64,000 nucleotides of DNA from Octopus sinensis. Lineage: Eukaryota. Made by a program: the position numbers and the translations under genes. The stretch is taken from contig NC_042998.1 in the NCBI RefSeq assembly GCF_006345805.1, positions 157,356,001 through 157,420,000 on the forward strand, given 5' to 3'. Shown here one piece after another: positions 13,411 to 29,260 of this stretch. The first letter of the stretch is position 1. Each line of letters begins with the position of its first letter. Below the pieces are notes generated by a model. That model saw only the letters and a program-made list of their open reading frames with translations, was not told the DNA's origin and did not search any database.

Positions 13411-14068
13411 GAATACGGTATATATATACATTAATTGTCGAACGCGCGGAAACTGCAGTAATTTCTGCGTGTTCGACAGAAAGTGCAGGGAAGAAGTCAT
13501 TTATGTTAAAATACACCATACATTTCAGGCCTAAGTGAAATGTAATTGTCTCTTCACAGGTTATACCAGCATATATCGCAACGATTATGAACATATCTTT
13601 ATGGAACTTTTATCGATCTCTTGTCATTTACACTACTTTATGAGTTCGTTTCTCTTTATGTATTGCATAAATATATCATACTACCTGACATGCATACATA
13701 CTGTACATACACGCACGCGCGCAAATTCACACACACTCACCCAGACACACACATGCACTTATTCACTCAATCATTCATTCACTCATTCACTCAATCACTC
13801 ACTCACTCACTCACTCACTCATTCATCCACTCACACACAAAATGTTGTACAATCTTATTTGTAATAAATTACTTTAAATTTTATGTTAAAAAGATGTGAC
13901 GCCGAATTCAGTTGAAGCATTTACCGTCTTCGTACCAATCTTTAGATCTGAATATTTGCATACGAATTTGTTTACAAATGGTCGCCAGTAAGACAGGAAA
14001 GAAAGAATGCTATTTCAAGGTGGTGATCGTATAGTGTATACACACATGCGAGAAATTACACTCAATAT

Positions 14069-14136
<68 letters not shown>

Positions 14137-14230
14137 ATCTAAACAAGAAAGCACAAAAAAACACAACAACGCGAGGACGTGGAACAGATATAACATTATT
14201 GGATGCTCAGGAAAGAAGGAAAGAATGAGG

Positions 14231-14265
14231 GTCTAACGTTTCGAGCGGAGCTCTTCGTCAGAAAC
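14231..14265 (-). ncRNA. Minimal type I hammerhead-like motif in a probable PLE pseudo-LTR remnant (~14130-14400)
   Basis: Minus strand gttt-CTGACGA-A-GAGC-tcc-GCTC-GAAAC-GTT-agac; palindromic stem III. Confidence 0.6.
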
Positions 14266-14649
14266 ATAGGAGAAGGAAAGATCCAGAGAAGGGAAGACAG
14301 AGGAAAAAAAATCGCCAACGGTACACACGCGGTATTACGGAGATGTACTTGCATAGCGAGTGACTTGACCTGAGATCGTGTGCTGGAACGAAAACAATTG
14401 CAGCGTGGAAGGTGTTTATAAGCCATTTAAGAAACACACAAAACCGTTAGATTCACTTCAACATTTAAGTTTAATTTGTCAAAATATTTTCGTCACTTTG
14501 AGATGCAGCACGATGATTTGTCAGGGAACAGGTCACGGTCTCAAAGCGACGAAAATATTTTGACAAATTAAACTTAAATGTTGAAGTGAATCTAACGGTT
14601 TTTTGTGTGTTTCTTAAATGGCTTATAAACACCTTCCACGCTGCAATTG

Positions 14650-14710
<61 letters not shown>

Positions 14711-14744
14711 TGTATATATATTATATGTCAAATAATTACCTTAC

Positions 14745-15375
14745 AACATTTAACAATGTCTTCTGACACCTTATCAAAGCGACCAGGGTGATCATATCAT
14801 GGGAAAATCTGACATTGTCTGAGGTAGACCTAGCTGGTTTCTATGACTGTTTCCTAATCCAGGATGAGTGTTGGGTTCAGCATTTTGAGCCAAAGACAAA
14901 GCGACTACCCATACAGAGAAAACACTTTACCTCACAGTCTCCAAAGAAGGCCAGATTCATTTCATTTGCAGAGAAGGTGATGGCCTTAGATTTTTGGGAT
15001 GCAAAAGGCATTGTGTTTATTGACTATATTCAAAAGGACCCCGCCATCAATGGAGTACTATGCCAATTTGCTAAGGCAGTCAAGAAAGGCTACCCAAACG
15101 AAACACTCAGGACAACAGATGAAAGAGGTCTTATTTCATCAAGACAATGCATCAGTACATAAGTACTTGCTCCTAATGACTACCGTGTGTGACTGCGGGA
15201 ACCAGCATCACAGTTGTGAGAACTTCATATTTGCTGTTGGTGATTTTTTCGACTAGTATGAAAACTTCTTCACCAATGGGATCCAAGAACTACAACACCA
15301 ATGAAAGGAGGACTATGTTGAAAAATAGACCTCACTTGGTCGCATTCCATGGGTGTATCTTGGTCAGCCTACATA
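14745..15375 (+). mobile_element. Mariner transposase relic
   Basis: 'DECWVQHFEPKTK', 'PKKARF..AEKVMALDFWDAKGIVFIDY', 'EVLFHQDNASVH'; frameshifted and internally deleted. Confidence 0.9.
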
Positions 15376-16087
15376 CATATATATTTCCTATAAACTAATA
15401 ACAATGCACCAGTCATGCTGTTCCCCAGATAGTAGTGATAACCGAGTAGTTATACCCATTGTACACAATGGCATTCTAAGTAGTATTTTCTAGCGAGATA
15501 TTTAACGATGAATGTGAATTTAACAAATATGAACATTCAATATTAAATGTACCATATCAGGAAAATATAGAATGTTTGGTACAAATTACTTTCCAGGTCA
15601 TCTAATAATTTTGTTTAGCATATAAATCGCTGTAAAATTAAAGAAGTTACTACTTTATTGATACATGATAAAGGTAAAGGCGAGCATTATGTATACAGTA
15701 GTAGCAGTAGTAGTAGTACAATCGAAGTTTATAGAAATATATGTGTGTGTGTGTGCGCGTGTGTATCTAAACTTAAACTGCAGAACGGTTCAGTAACTTG
15801 TAAAATCTTTTGTAAAATAATGACAATGCGATAAGAAAATAATAATGCAATAAAAATCCACTCCTTACAGCATGATGTATTTTTGGATTATTATGAAAGT
15901 GATTCCTATGAATTTAGGTTCTAGATTTTAAAGTATTCACTGGAGGACATTTTGTCATCTGATTACAATGATAATCTCCGTTAACTGAAGATTTTCCACT
16001 CATTGCATGATTTATTCATGTTAAACTCTACGGTCTTTTCTAGCAAGTAGAATGGCTCTCCTGAAATATTTTGCTTAACCTCGTTTT

Positions 16088-16119
<32 letters not shown>

Positions 16120-16269
16120 TGTATGTATGTATGTATGTATGTATGTATGTATGTATGTATGTATGTATGTATGTATGTATGTATGCATATATGCATGTAT
16201 GTAAATATGTGCAGACGTATATGTTTTATGTATGTATTCTCATGCATATAGTTGCATATTTGGACATGC

Positions 16270-16455
16270 CCATATATATATAAATGATAAACTGGTAAGT
16301 TTTACAGACTTTTACAGTTCCAGTGATGGATTGGATCTGTAGTCTTCGAATTAGCTTTCTCCTTTCTGGTTTTGAGAAGCGTAATTTCTCAAGGTTGGTA
16401 TGTTGATAATGTATTGAATATCCCAACTCCTCAATAATTACAGGTATAAACCTAA
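16270..16455 (-). mobile_element. 3' end of an RLE non-LTR element flanked on both sides by (TACA)n
   Basis: 'FIPVIIEELG...KLIRRLQIQSITGTVKVCKT'; (ATGT)n at 16090-16185 and 16475-16560. Confidence 0.7.
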
Positions 16456-16492
16456 AATGTAATCTGGATAGATATGTATGTATGTATGTATG

Positions 16493-16526
<34 letters not shown>

Positions 16527-17049
16527 TGTATGTATGTATGTATGTATGTATGTATGTATGTATGTGTGTATGCATGCATGCATGTATGCATGTATGTACA
16601 TATATATGTATGTTACTATCATCTCCGAGCTTTCCATTAACATATCCATGTTGAAGGTTATCATACAAGGAATGTTACTCAAGGAGCTGCTTTCCAAATC
16701 TTATATTATCAGTCTCATGTACGCAAACTTGGTCAAGGTTGCACTTCGACACTTCGTGGTTAAAAGATGTTGCCGAAAGGATATGATACGATATTCAAAG
16801 GCTCGATGTTAAGCCTCTGCCGCTTTTTTCCATTTTAGGTAGAGGCAGTCTGCGACGCTGTTTAAGTGGAAAATATGTGTGGTTGTTATACAATAGTCGT
16901 AGTAGGGGGCAATAGTCAGTTACTTTAGTCAGTAATGTAGTTTAACTGGCAGACACTATGGAAATGTTGCTAATTGCGAAACCACGTCGTATTCTCACAT
17001 CTTTCACATTTTCATTTTCGTTTATAGAGTTGGGAAAAGATAAATTTCA

Positions 17050-17480
17050 GATCTTTTTTCAATAAAGTTACAGTCTTCTTCCTTTGTTCCACAAATGTTG
17101 CTTGTTGGTGTAATTGCTTAGCAGTAAAATGATTTAATTCTAGTTGCAGATCGTCCCAATACGATTTCAATCGATTCATATAACCAACAGTGGGATTTTG
17201 TTTAGCATTTTTGTAGCAGTTAAATAAATCAGTATTTAATTCATAATTCCAAGACAAATAAGTTTTGTGATTACGGTTTCTTCTATAACTACAGCTAGCA
17301 TGAATCTGTTTACCGATTGAGCTGTTGTTTTCGTTCTGTTCTTCGGTTGTGTTGTTGTTGATGATGTGTCTAGCCATGTTATTTGTAGTAACTCTCTGTA
17401 TGGTAAGTTCAAGTTTCAGTCGAAAATCACTGCGATCGTGAATGAAAAGCACCCTCAGTTAATTCATCTGAAGATTAACC
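17050..17480 (-). mobile_element. N-terminal fragment of an R4-like element
   Basis: 'SWNYELNTDLFNCYKNAKQNPTVGYMNRLKSYWDDL..ELNHFTAKQLHQQA'. Confidence 0.6.
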
Positions 17481-18399
17481 AGTTATTTAATAGGGATGAT
17501 AATTGTGGCTCCAAACTTGGAGATAGTGTCCATCGTATTTTCGATAAATAGTTTCTCACGCCAAATATGCGACTTGTTGCTTCAAGATAATCTCTTTCCT
17601 TTTTTACTATTTTTAATTTGATTTTTTTATGTTGTATTATTCTTTATTCTTATTATTCCTTCGTTTTCTCATGTTTTTAAAAAAAATTTTAACTTGTATT
17701 TTCAATTAACTTTTTTCACATATACACACCTTCATACGCATGGACTCACACTCACATATACATCCACACACACACAACGCCATACACACTCATACACATA
17801 CACATGCACGGCCACACGCACACCCACAGAGGCATATTATACATATGCACATATACACACCCACACACATAGCGGCTCCCCACACACTCATACGTACATA
17901 TACACACACTCACATATACACACATATCCATAGGCACACCGACAAACTCTAATACTCTAATAACAACACTAACGTGCACACACCCTTGTCATCCCGCCTC
18001 TTACACTCTATTACACACCACAATCACACCCTACGACACAATACACACACCACTCATACACCCACGCCCTATCAAACAACACACTCACACCATACCACAC
18101 ACCACATACATCCATAAGCGTGCGCGCACACACACACAATAAGTACACTCCCCGTGCGAACACACACACACATGCACTCCCACACACGCGCACACGCACA
18201 GACAAACACATAATACCCATACTCTTAGCTATACCAACACACACCCACATAACTCCACCTCACTCCTTTCTCCCTCTCATGCACGCACATACACATACAG
18301 CCACACCCATTCAGCTCACTCACTATTGATCTCTCCATCTACGTATACATGCAAACACACATACACACACACAACCAAACCTTTCACAATAGTTGCTGA

Positions 18400-18675
18400 C
18401 TTATTGACCTCTCAGAGTGGCATCCTTAAATAACCCTTATGCAAGGACCGTTTGAGCGGAACAGGCTACTCAACATGAATAAAATTATAACTGGGTCCCA
18501 CCTTCAGAGTCAAGTGCTATTTATCGTGACATGAGATCACCATGTTGCACACATATGGGTGTTGTGCATTTGCCTGGTGCACTCTTAACAGACCGTTGTA
18601 GTTATGATAGGTATACTGGGCTTCGTGTATTTGTGTCCCAGTGTCACTTTGATGGCACACACTGCACTCTCACTC
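18400..18675 (+). mobile_element. Partial copy of the 661-1192 repeat, ending in (CATA)n
   Basis: Aligns by eye to 930-1192. Confidence 0.7.
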
Positions 18676-18956
18676 ATACATACATACATACATTCATACA
18701 TATATACATGATGTAACATACTGAAATTGCTCTTTTCTGCAAAATATCCTTCTGAAATAGGGGTGCGTCCATGCACCGACAAATGCGGTAATTATATCCA
18801 TCCATCCATCCATCCATCCATCCATCCACCCATCCATACATACATACATCTGTACATACACACACAGGTATGGATGGATGGGTGGATGGATGGATGGATG
18901 GATGGATGGATGGACGGACGGATGGACTGACGGACGGACTGATGGATAAATATAAT

Positions 18957-20260
18957 TACCGCATTTGTTGGCGCACTGGACGCACCCCTATTTCAGAAGG
19001 ATATTTTGCGGAAAAGAGCAACTTCAGTATGTTACATCATACATTTATTGACAGATATTTTAAAGTGGTTTTGTTGGGAAAATTGTATGATTCTGTGCAT
19101 GAAATAAAATATTGTGACAGTATACTGAAATAAAGCGTGAAATCATATGGAACTTTACACTTACCTTTAAAGGAAGTGAATTAAATTTGCCATAGCAAAA
19201 AAAGAAATATACATTGGTATCAATGAATCCTGGTACATACAAACCAAAAACAAATATACTGATAAGAAGTGGTAGAAACCAATCAGCAACGTACAGTAAA
19301 TGTGATGAATTCATATAAATAGTTGCACTTATTCATTCTCGCTGTTACCATCCGTATTACCGGTATTCTCTTCATCACTGGAATTCTCTGCAATAGGATC
19401 TGGCTCATCAATATCTTCTTCAAACAATAAATCGTCCTCAGTACCATCAAGGGCCTTACTAATGCCACATTTTAAAAATAATTTCATAATTACCTCTTCT
19501 TTTACAGCATTCCACGAACTTTTTACCCACTTACCCACTTACACACTTATGCGTAGGCCTTTTCCTTCTTCCTGGTGGTGTCACTTCAAAATGTGAAGAC
19601 TGCATCCACTTGCTTCACTCCTCTGCATGAAACTTTTAAAGCTAAAGGCTAAAACTGGCTGGTTAGGCCTCCTGAAATTACAGACCTCAGTTCTTCAAGT
19701 TTCCTCTTAATAAACTCAGTTCTATGAGCCCCAAATTGGTCCCAAACTAATTAAGGCAGATTTCTTTAATAGCCCATCAGGATCCCTGAACCACACTTTA
19801 TCAAGCCAAAATTTTGTTCCTCCCTCATCCATCCAACCATTTGGGTGGAAATGAACATAAATACCGTTGGGTATTCTTTCTTTAGGCAATGATTTTCCTT
19901 TAAAATTGAAAAAGGTGGTAATTTTGTGCTATCAGTCCAGCATGCTAATACAACTGTGTAGTGTGTCTTTTCATGGCAATATGTTTTGATAGTCACAGTT
20001 TTAGCACCTTTGGTTTCTACTGACTGCCTTGTTTGATGGTACATTAATATCAAAGAGTCTTTGTCTATATTTGACATCTGTGAAAGTTCAAAATTAACTT
20101 GCTTTCTTGCATTAATAACATGCCTTTGAAACTTAAGTATTCGATCTTCGGTTTCAGGGGCCATTTGTTGTGCTATTCTTGTCCTAGCCCTTACACATAG
20201 GTTATTTCTCCTCATAAATCTGGAAAACCATTGATATCTCTGTTCATTGCTATAATCATT
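18957..20260 (-). mobile_element. pogo/Tigger-like (CENP-B HTH + DDE_1) transposon relic
   Basis: 'WFSRFMRRNNLCVRARTRIAQ', 'GAKTVTIKT..HEKTHYTVVLAC', 'WVKSSWNAV..IMKLFLKCGIS.ALDGTEDD'; terminus TACCGCATTTG at 18957 preceded by TA-rich target. Confidence 0.88.
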
Positions 20261-21870
20261 TTAATGGATACTGAAAATGCTGATCATTGTTTGGTCTAAA
20301 AACCATGTTTCTAATTCTTCTAGCTCACACCACTTTACAACTTCGCTACGGGGCAGCGTTCTCTATGTTTAGCAGCTTTCATCTGCTCTTGTTTCCTCCA
20401 AGTCCTTACTGTTTACTCGGTTGGTGGCCGGTCAAAACATCGAGCAGCTGCCCTATTACGATGGTCTCTTGCATATGCTACGTCATTTAGTTTAAATTTG
20501 ATGTTCTTGTAGTACCTTTTCTGTTTTTTCAGCCATGGGTTTAGATTTTATACGAAATTTACCGCAAATAAACTTATTGGCACATTGTGGGAAACAGTAC
20601 CCGAACTCTTGCCTCCCTTTAGTTGTATAGTTGTTTATATTTTGGGTAACAGAACTGCTGTACAGGATGTGAATCACGTATTTCTGGATGTGTTGTTTTG
20701 TGTTACCGCGACAGGCCACAATATGAAAAATAGGGGAAAAAAGAATAAAAGAGCTAAACACAAATGAATGACCAAGAAAGGAAAACAACATGAAGGATGC
20801 GTTGTTGTAAAAGCGAAGCTTGCGACACATCCTCTGATCTGATCATTGCAAGTGACTGTCAGGCGAATGGAAATTTATTAACATTCCTTTCAAATTTCTC
20901 GAAGCATTTTTCATTTAGATAATAAACAAATGTTTCTTAAAAGGTAACCCAGTCATTAAATAATGTAATACATATATAAGATGTGGGTTACGTATGCTGG
21001 GAAAGGAGGTAAGTGAGATGAGATAATGTGAGCTTCCTTCATAACTGCCGACGTATCGTAAGCAATTTTTCGTAAGTTTGTGATAACAGACTGACAGTTT
21101 GGCTCTTTTGTTTTCAATATCTTATTATTAGTTTCTCAATTTACTGTCATAAATTGGTTTGTTTTCATTATCTTATTATTAGCTACAATTTCTGTGCCTA
21201 GGGAACTTACCCATTGAGCTCGTCCGGCTCACTAGCATACGGCGTTTGGTCTCCCATCCGTTATACAGCCCCATCAGACATTTAAAAGTAAGAAAAGCGC
21301 GTATAATCTACCCCCAAATACGGTATATATATGTATTATTTGCTTCGTAACAATTAATAATTATAAGATAATTTAACTTACGGGGCAAATGAATCGGAAA
21401 CTACACACTCTCTTAGCTTTGAAAGACTTTGTAGATTCCCCACAGCTATATTTTAACGAGAAGACGTGATATGTCTTTAATAAGATATCGTATATATTTG
21501 CCATTTACATAATTCTTGTGTAAGTGACGGTTTTATTAAATTACAACTGCCAACCTTGCACTTTATGCCTTTACTACTTTGCTTCATATGTTTATAAGTC
21601 CTTGCAATTTTCTGAACATCAGCTAGTGGAAGATGAAATAGACGAAAGCTACTGAGTTTAAATAAATATGTAACTATCAAACTTTCCTGTCGTTGGAAAG
21701 TCAATAGGTTACATTTTCACAGTTAGGTTATATACATGTTTATTGACATAACGTATGAAATCAATATATGTATATCTATTCATAACAGCGCGCTGTATGT
21801 ACATGTCATACTCACCATGTGCAATTATGTTAATATTATTACAGTCGTAATAGTATTTACTCTAGTATAA

Positions 21871-21940
<70 letters not shown>

Positions 21941-21992
21941 TATATATATATATATACACTCCTTCTTTCTATGTTTTTTTTCTCTCTGTGTA

Positions 21993-22030
21993 TCTTTCTG
22001 TTGAAGAGCGTAGGCTCGAAACGTTGAAGA
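21993..22030 (+). ncRNA. Degenerate minimal hammerhead-like motif in a PLE pseudo-LTR remnant (~21960-22135)
   Basis: tcttt-CTGTTGA-A-GAGC-gtag-GCTC-GAAAC-GTT-gaaga; A6 of the core is replaced by T. Confidence 0.5.
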
Positions 22031-22140
22031 CTTGTTTTATTTTTATTTCCTGAGCGCCATACTAATACAATTGTTTGTTTGTTTTCCACCTGCCTTCGTC
22101 TTTTGTCTATTTTCATAAAGCTTCCCGTTATATATATACA

Positions 22141-23428
22141 CTAGCTGTTGGATTGGGCGTTGCTCGTGTTTTCCATGTTGAAGTTAGGTCCACCTTTGAC
22201 TTTGTATTGAAATCTACGTTCCCCGTGACAACTATTACCCATTAAGACGTTATATCTGGTTCGGCAGGGATTTTACCCGCTTAACGCTTTCAACATACTC
22301 CTACATACTGGACCGTCTGAAATCGCAGTCAAACTTTTGGGTGTACCTCGATCCGCTGGGAGTTGTTTATTTATTTCTCTCCCCTTAATGCCACCCTCTG
22401 TACAAAATTGATCAGCGTGTCCAATCTCAGCAAAATGCAAAGGAAAATGTTAAGATTATGTCATAAAATAGAATCCATGTGACCATTTACATGAAAATAT
22501 CCCATTAACTTTTAAATCCCAATACATTATATGAATAATTGATGTTTCATATGTCGAAATGCTTAATTTTACTCATGGGTCAATTTTCTTCAAAATCAGT
22601 TCATCATTTTTTTGTGAGTGAATTTTGACGATTTCTGCCTTTAATTTTAATTCTACAACATGACACCGACTATAACCTTTACCTAAATGTCAAATTTCAT
22701 TAAAATCGATGAATTCTGTTACAGTATAAAATAGTAATCCTATGGGTAATTGCATGCAATATGTCTCCTATTGATTTCTTAAAATCCACCGCTCACGCGC
22801 AATTATCGATATTTTGTTAACTCTTCATGCCGGCATCAACTAATTGACATGAACTGTAATCACGGGTAAAATTTCTACAAAATCGATACGAATGTCTTTA
22901 AGGAAATGCATATTTGCATTTGTGCCCTTTTCAAGCTGTTTAAAATTAAATAAATACTTTTACCTTTTCCCCACCAGAAAATTTACCTACATCTCAGATT
23001 TCATTAAAATCGGATAAAAAATATAAAGTTATGGCCAAAAATAAATTCCCTATGGGTATTTGCACGCAAAAAGTCTATTGATTTTACAAAACTACTGCTC
23101 AGACGCAATAATCGAATTTTTGTCACAGCCATATACTGGCATCAACTCATTGCCATGAGCCTCGCTCACTCATCGATTTTTATCAAAATCGGATTAAAAA
23201 TGGAAGAGCTGCAGGAAAAATAAACGCCCAATTGAGCTCACAAAAATCGATGCCAACTGAGCATTATGAAGTTTCCGATAAATTCCGGCCTTATTTGAAC
23301 TTCAGGGCATGTGATCTACGTATGTGCCAAAAATCATTAAAATCGGTTGGACGGTGTGGAAAGAGTTAGAGTAATCCCAAACACACAGACAGACAGACAG
23401 ACACGATTACACATTTATATATATACAT
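22141..23428 (-). mobile_element. Non-autonomous Helitron-type element (Lep1/DINE-like organisation)
   Basis: Minus strand has (GTCT)n near the 5' end, internal repeats of 'aaatttcattaaaatcg', and ends 'cacgagcaacgcccaatccaacagCTAG|T'. Confidence 0.7.
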
Positions 23429-23488
23429 ATATATATATTGGTAAAACGGTAAGAAAACTGACCAACAAACGAATTTTAACAAAGTATA

Positions 23489-23549
<61 letters not shown>

Positions 23550-23550
<1 letters not shown>

Positions 23551-24055
23551 GTGAATGAAAGAACAGTGCATGCCATCAAAGTGACACTGGGGTAAAATAT
23601 ACGAAGCCTGGTATACCCATCATGACTACTCGTCTGATAAGGTACACCAGGCGGATGTATCACAACCATAAGTGCGCGACATGGTGACCTCATATCATGA
23701 TAAACGGCGCATGACATTGCAGGTAGGGCCCAGTTAGAATTTTCTTCTGGTCGAGTAACCTATCCCGCTCAAAAGGTCCCTAAATAAGGGTTGTTTAAGG
23801 ATGTTGAACGAAACACCCATGTTTCCCGAGGTGAATTATTCAAACCCCAAATAATCCCTCTCAACACATAGCTATGATGCTCCTCCATTGCTTCTGCTCG
23901 TGATTAGAAATGCACATATCGTCAGCCACTAAGGGACATGCGCAAATGGTTAATGTCAAACAACTGACAAGCAAATCTGTGGTATTGAGCAGAATATCTG
24001 CTGTAGCCCATGATAACAGTTCCAATCAGTTAAGAAACCATGAGAGCCGCTGCCT
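23550..24055 (-). mobile_element. Copy of the 661-1192 repeat, (AAT)n tail
   Basis: Reverse complement aligns to 661-1192. Confidence 0.75.
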
Positions 24056-24071
24056 GGTACTGCATCATGGC

Positions 24072-24158
<87 letters not shown>

Positions 24159-24338
24159 TACTATTACTATTACTATTATTATTATTATTATTATTAATAT
24201 TATTATTATTATTGTTATTATTATTATTATTATTACTATTACTATTACTATTATTATTATTATTATTATTATTACTATTACTATTACTATTATTATTATT
24301 ACTATTACTATTATTATTATTGTTACTATTACTCTTAC

Positions 24339-24373
<35 letters not shown>

Positions 24374-24374
24374 T

Positions 24375-24905
24375 ATGTTTGACTTTTGCTTTATATTTGT
24401 ACAAGATGGCTCCAAGTCTCACCCAGAGACCTCAAGAGACAACAGGTTGGAAGTTCATGTTGTTGTTATGCCTAGTGTGCCATATATTTGGGGGGGCGGG
24501 GAGTTTTTGGTGTTGTAGTAATGAATGTCTAAAAAAAAAAATTTTTTTTTTCTTTTTAAAACCGGAAATTATGTTTGTTTTAAACCTTGAGATTACATAG
24601 AAAGTATTTTGCGTAGGATATGAGCAGTTCTCATGAGCACTATCTTTTGAATTTCTGCCATTTTTGGGTTTCCTGGTATCTGAGTTAGGTAGCTATCAGC
24701 CCATTTTGCTATCATTCCCAGGGCACCTATGACAACAGGTATTGTTTTAGTCTTCAGGTTCCACATTTTGCTGATTTCTATTTCAAGATCTTTATATTTG
24801 CTCAGTTTTTGGTAGGTCTTGACAGATACGTTTATATCGATTGGGACAGTCATATCAATGAGGAGGCATGTTCTTTGTTTGAAGTCTTTCAATATGATGT
24901 CTGGC
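24375..24905 (-). mobile_element. R4/Dong-like 3' end between (TAA)n tracts
   Basis: ORF 24593-24892 'CLLIDMTVPIDINVSVKTYQKLSKYKDLEIEISKMWNLKTKTIPVVIGALG'. Confidence 0.88.
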
Positions 24906-24926
24906 CTATTATTATTATTATTATTA

Positions 24927-27057
<2,131 letters not shown>

Positions 27058-27059
27058 CA

Positions 27060-28020
27060 TGCCACCTAACAAATATGAAGAAGAAACAACAAAAGCTATA
27101 AAACAATTGAAAACCAAACTAAAACTAGAACAGCAACGGACCATGATAAAATGATGCCAAGAAAAACCCATTCATTTCAAATACTGAAGTAAACAAAATG
27201 CAAAAGAAATAAACAGAGAAAAATCCCAGCAATGGTTGAGAAGCTCAGGACTCAAAGCAGAGGCGGAGGGATTTTTAATTGCAGCACAAGACCAAAGCCT
27301 CCCCACCAGAAATGACGAAAAACATATAATGAAAACAAACATAACAAGTAACTGCAGAATAGGTGGAGATGGACAAGAAACAATAAATCATATTATCTCT
27401 GTCTGCCCAGTCTTGGCTAAGAAGGAATATACTCAAAGACACGACAGTGTTGGGACCTACATACACTGGAAGCTATGCCAACACTATGGAATAACAACAG
27501 AAAAAAGATGGTATAGACACTCACCAGAAAACTAGAAAGGTCACAGAAAACTAGAAAGCAACCATACTTTGGGATATGCCAATACACACAGATAGAGAAA
27601 TTAAGGCCAATAGGCCAGATATAGTTGTCAGAGATCATGAAGAAAAAAATGCTTTCTAATGATGTATCAATACCAGAAGATGACAACGTTTCGCTAAAAG
27701 GAATGGAGAAACTTTCAAAATACAAAGACCTGGAAATAGAGGTAACTAGAATGTGGAATCTAAAAACTGAAACAATTCCTATCATAGTAGGCGCATTAGG
27801 TATGGTAAAAAAGTTCAGACAAATACATAACAAAAACATCAGGACTCACAAATATATATAACATACAGAAAATTGCTCTACTGAGCACTGCACACATCCT
27901 ACGCAAAACACTTTCAATACAGTAACCATAAAAGCATCAAAACAAACCACAGCACTACCCAAGTGACTCGGAGCTGCGATCGGTAGTGAAGTGAAAGCAC
28001 GATATAAAAATAAAACTACT
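27060..28020 (+). mobile_element. R4/Dong-like 3' third between (TAA)n tracts
   Basis: 'WLRSSGLKAEAEGFLIAAQDQSL', 'CRIGG..ETINHIISVCPVLAKKEYTQRHD', 'RPDIV', 'KYKDLEIEVTRMWNLKTETIPIIVGALG'. Confidence 0.92.
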
Positions 28021-28105
28021 GAATAATAATAATAATAAGAAGAAGAAGCACAACAATAATAATGTCAATAAATTGAGACATGTCACTTTAAACTCAGTAT
28101 TTTCC

Positions 28106-28175
<70 letters not shown>

Positions 28176-28654
28176 GTATATATATATATATGTATATATG
28201 TATATACATGTATATAAATATAAATACATACATATAAGTACATTCACATATATATATAAATACATACATACATACATATACGTACATAATACATATACAC
28301 ACGTATAAACATGCATGCATATAAACATACACCTATATAGAGAGCTGCTATGCTAATATATATAGAAATGATGTGAAAATGAATCCCTGTCGGACTGAAC
28401 GCGTTACATTAAGGGGTTTCGCCTGGTAGTTACATGCTCTGACCATCAATCGGATGCCGCTGAACATTGCATTACTTCATCTCTATTGATAGAAACTTAA
28501 CTGATTGCCCTTAATAAAGCTACAAAATACGAATCTTGAACCAATCGAAAACTTTCAATCAATTCCATATTGATCACAGTTTCACAGGATCTCATTTTTT
28601 ACACACATTCTTTGTGATATATTGCATGAATTGGAAGTAGTTGTATATAAATCA

Positions 28655-28857
28655 TTTACTTGTTTCAGTCATTTGACCTTTAGTCGAACCAATCGACCCC
28701 AGGGCTTATTTGTTGAAAGTCTAGTGCTTATTCTATCGCTCTCTTTTGTCAAACCACTAAGTTACGGGAACGTAAACATACCAACATCAGTTGTCAAGCG
28801 ATGGTGGGGAGACAAATACAAGCACATAAACATGTATATGTACACACACACACATAT

Positions 28858-28935
<78 letters not shown>

Positions 28936-29260
28936 ATTCATAAGTAAGGGCAAACGAAAAAATTTCAAATGCCAAATATGCCGAAAAATTGGACATATTG
29001 TCCATTAACCATATCATTTTTTCACAATACGCACGCTACTCAAAAAAAGGTCGACAGAAATTTCTACATTATCCTACATTAGATATATATATACATGACG
29101 GGCTTCTTTCAGTCTCCGTCTACCAAATCCACTCAATAGCTTTGGTTGCCCCAAGGCTATAGTAGGATACATTTGCCCAAGCTGCCACGCTGTGGGACTG
29201 AACCCAGAACCGTGTGGTTGGGAAGCAAGCTTCTTACCACACAGTCACGCCTGCGCCTGA
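28655..29260 (-). mobile_element. SINE family 2 (tRNA-like head, internal microsatellite), interrupted
   Basis: Head 'aggcgcagg.gtg.ctgtgtggtaagaagcttgc..ccaaccac.cggttc.gggttcagtccca' and 3' 'aatgactgaaacaagtaaa', shared with 31770, 35460 and 37160. Confidence 0.75.

Noticed and set aside
17690-18380. His/Thr-rich ORFs suggesting a metal-binding protein
   Set aside because: Degenerate (CA)n-rich low-complexity DNA, open in several frames on both strands.
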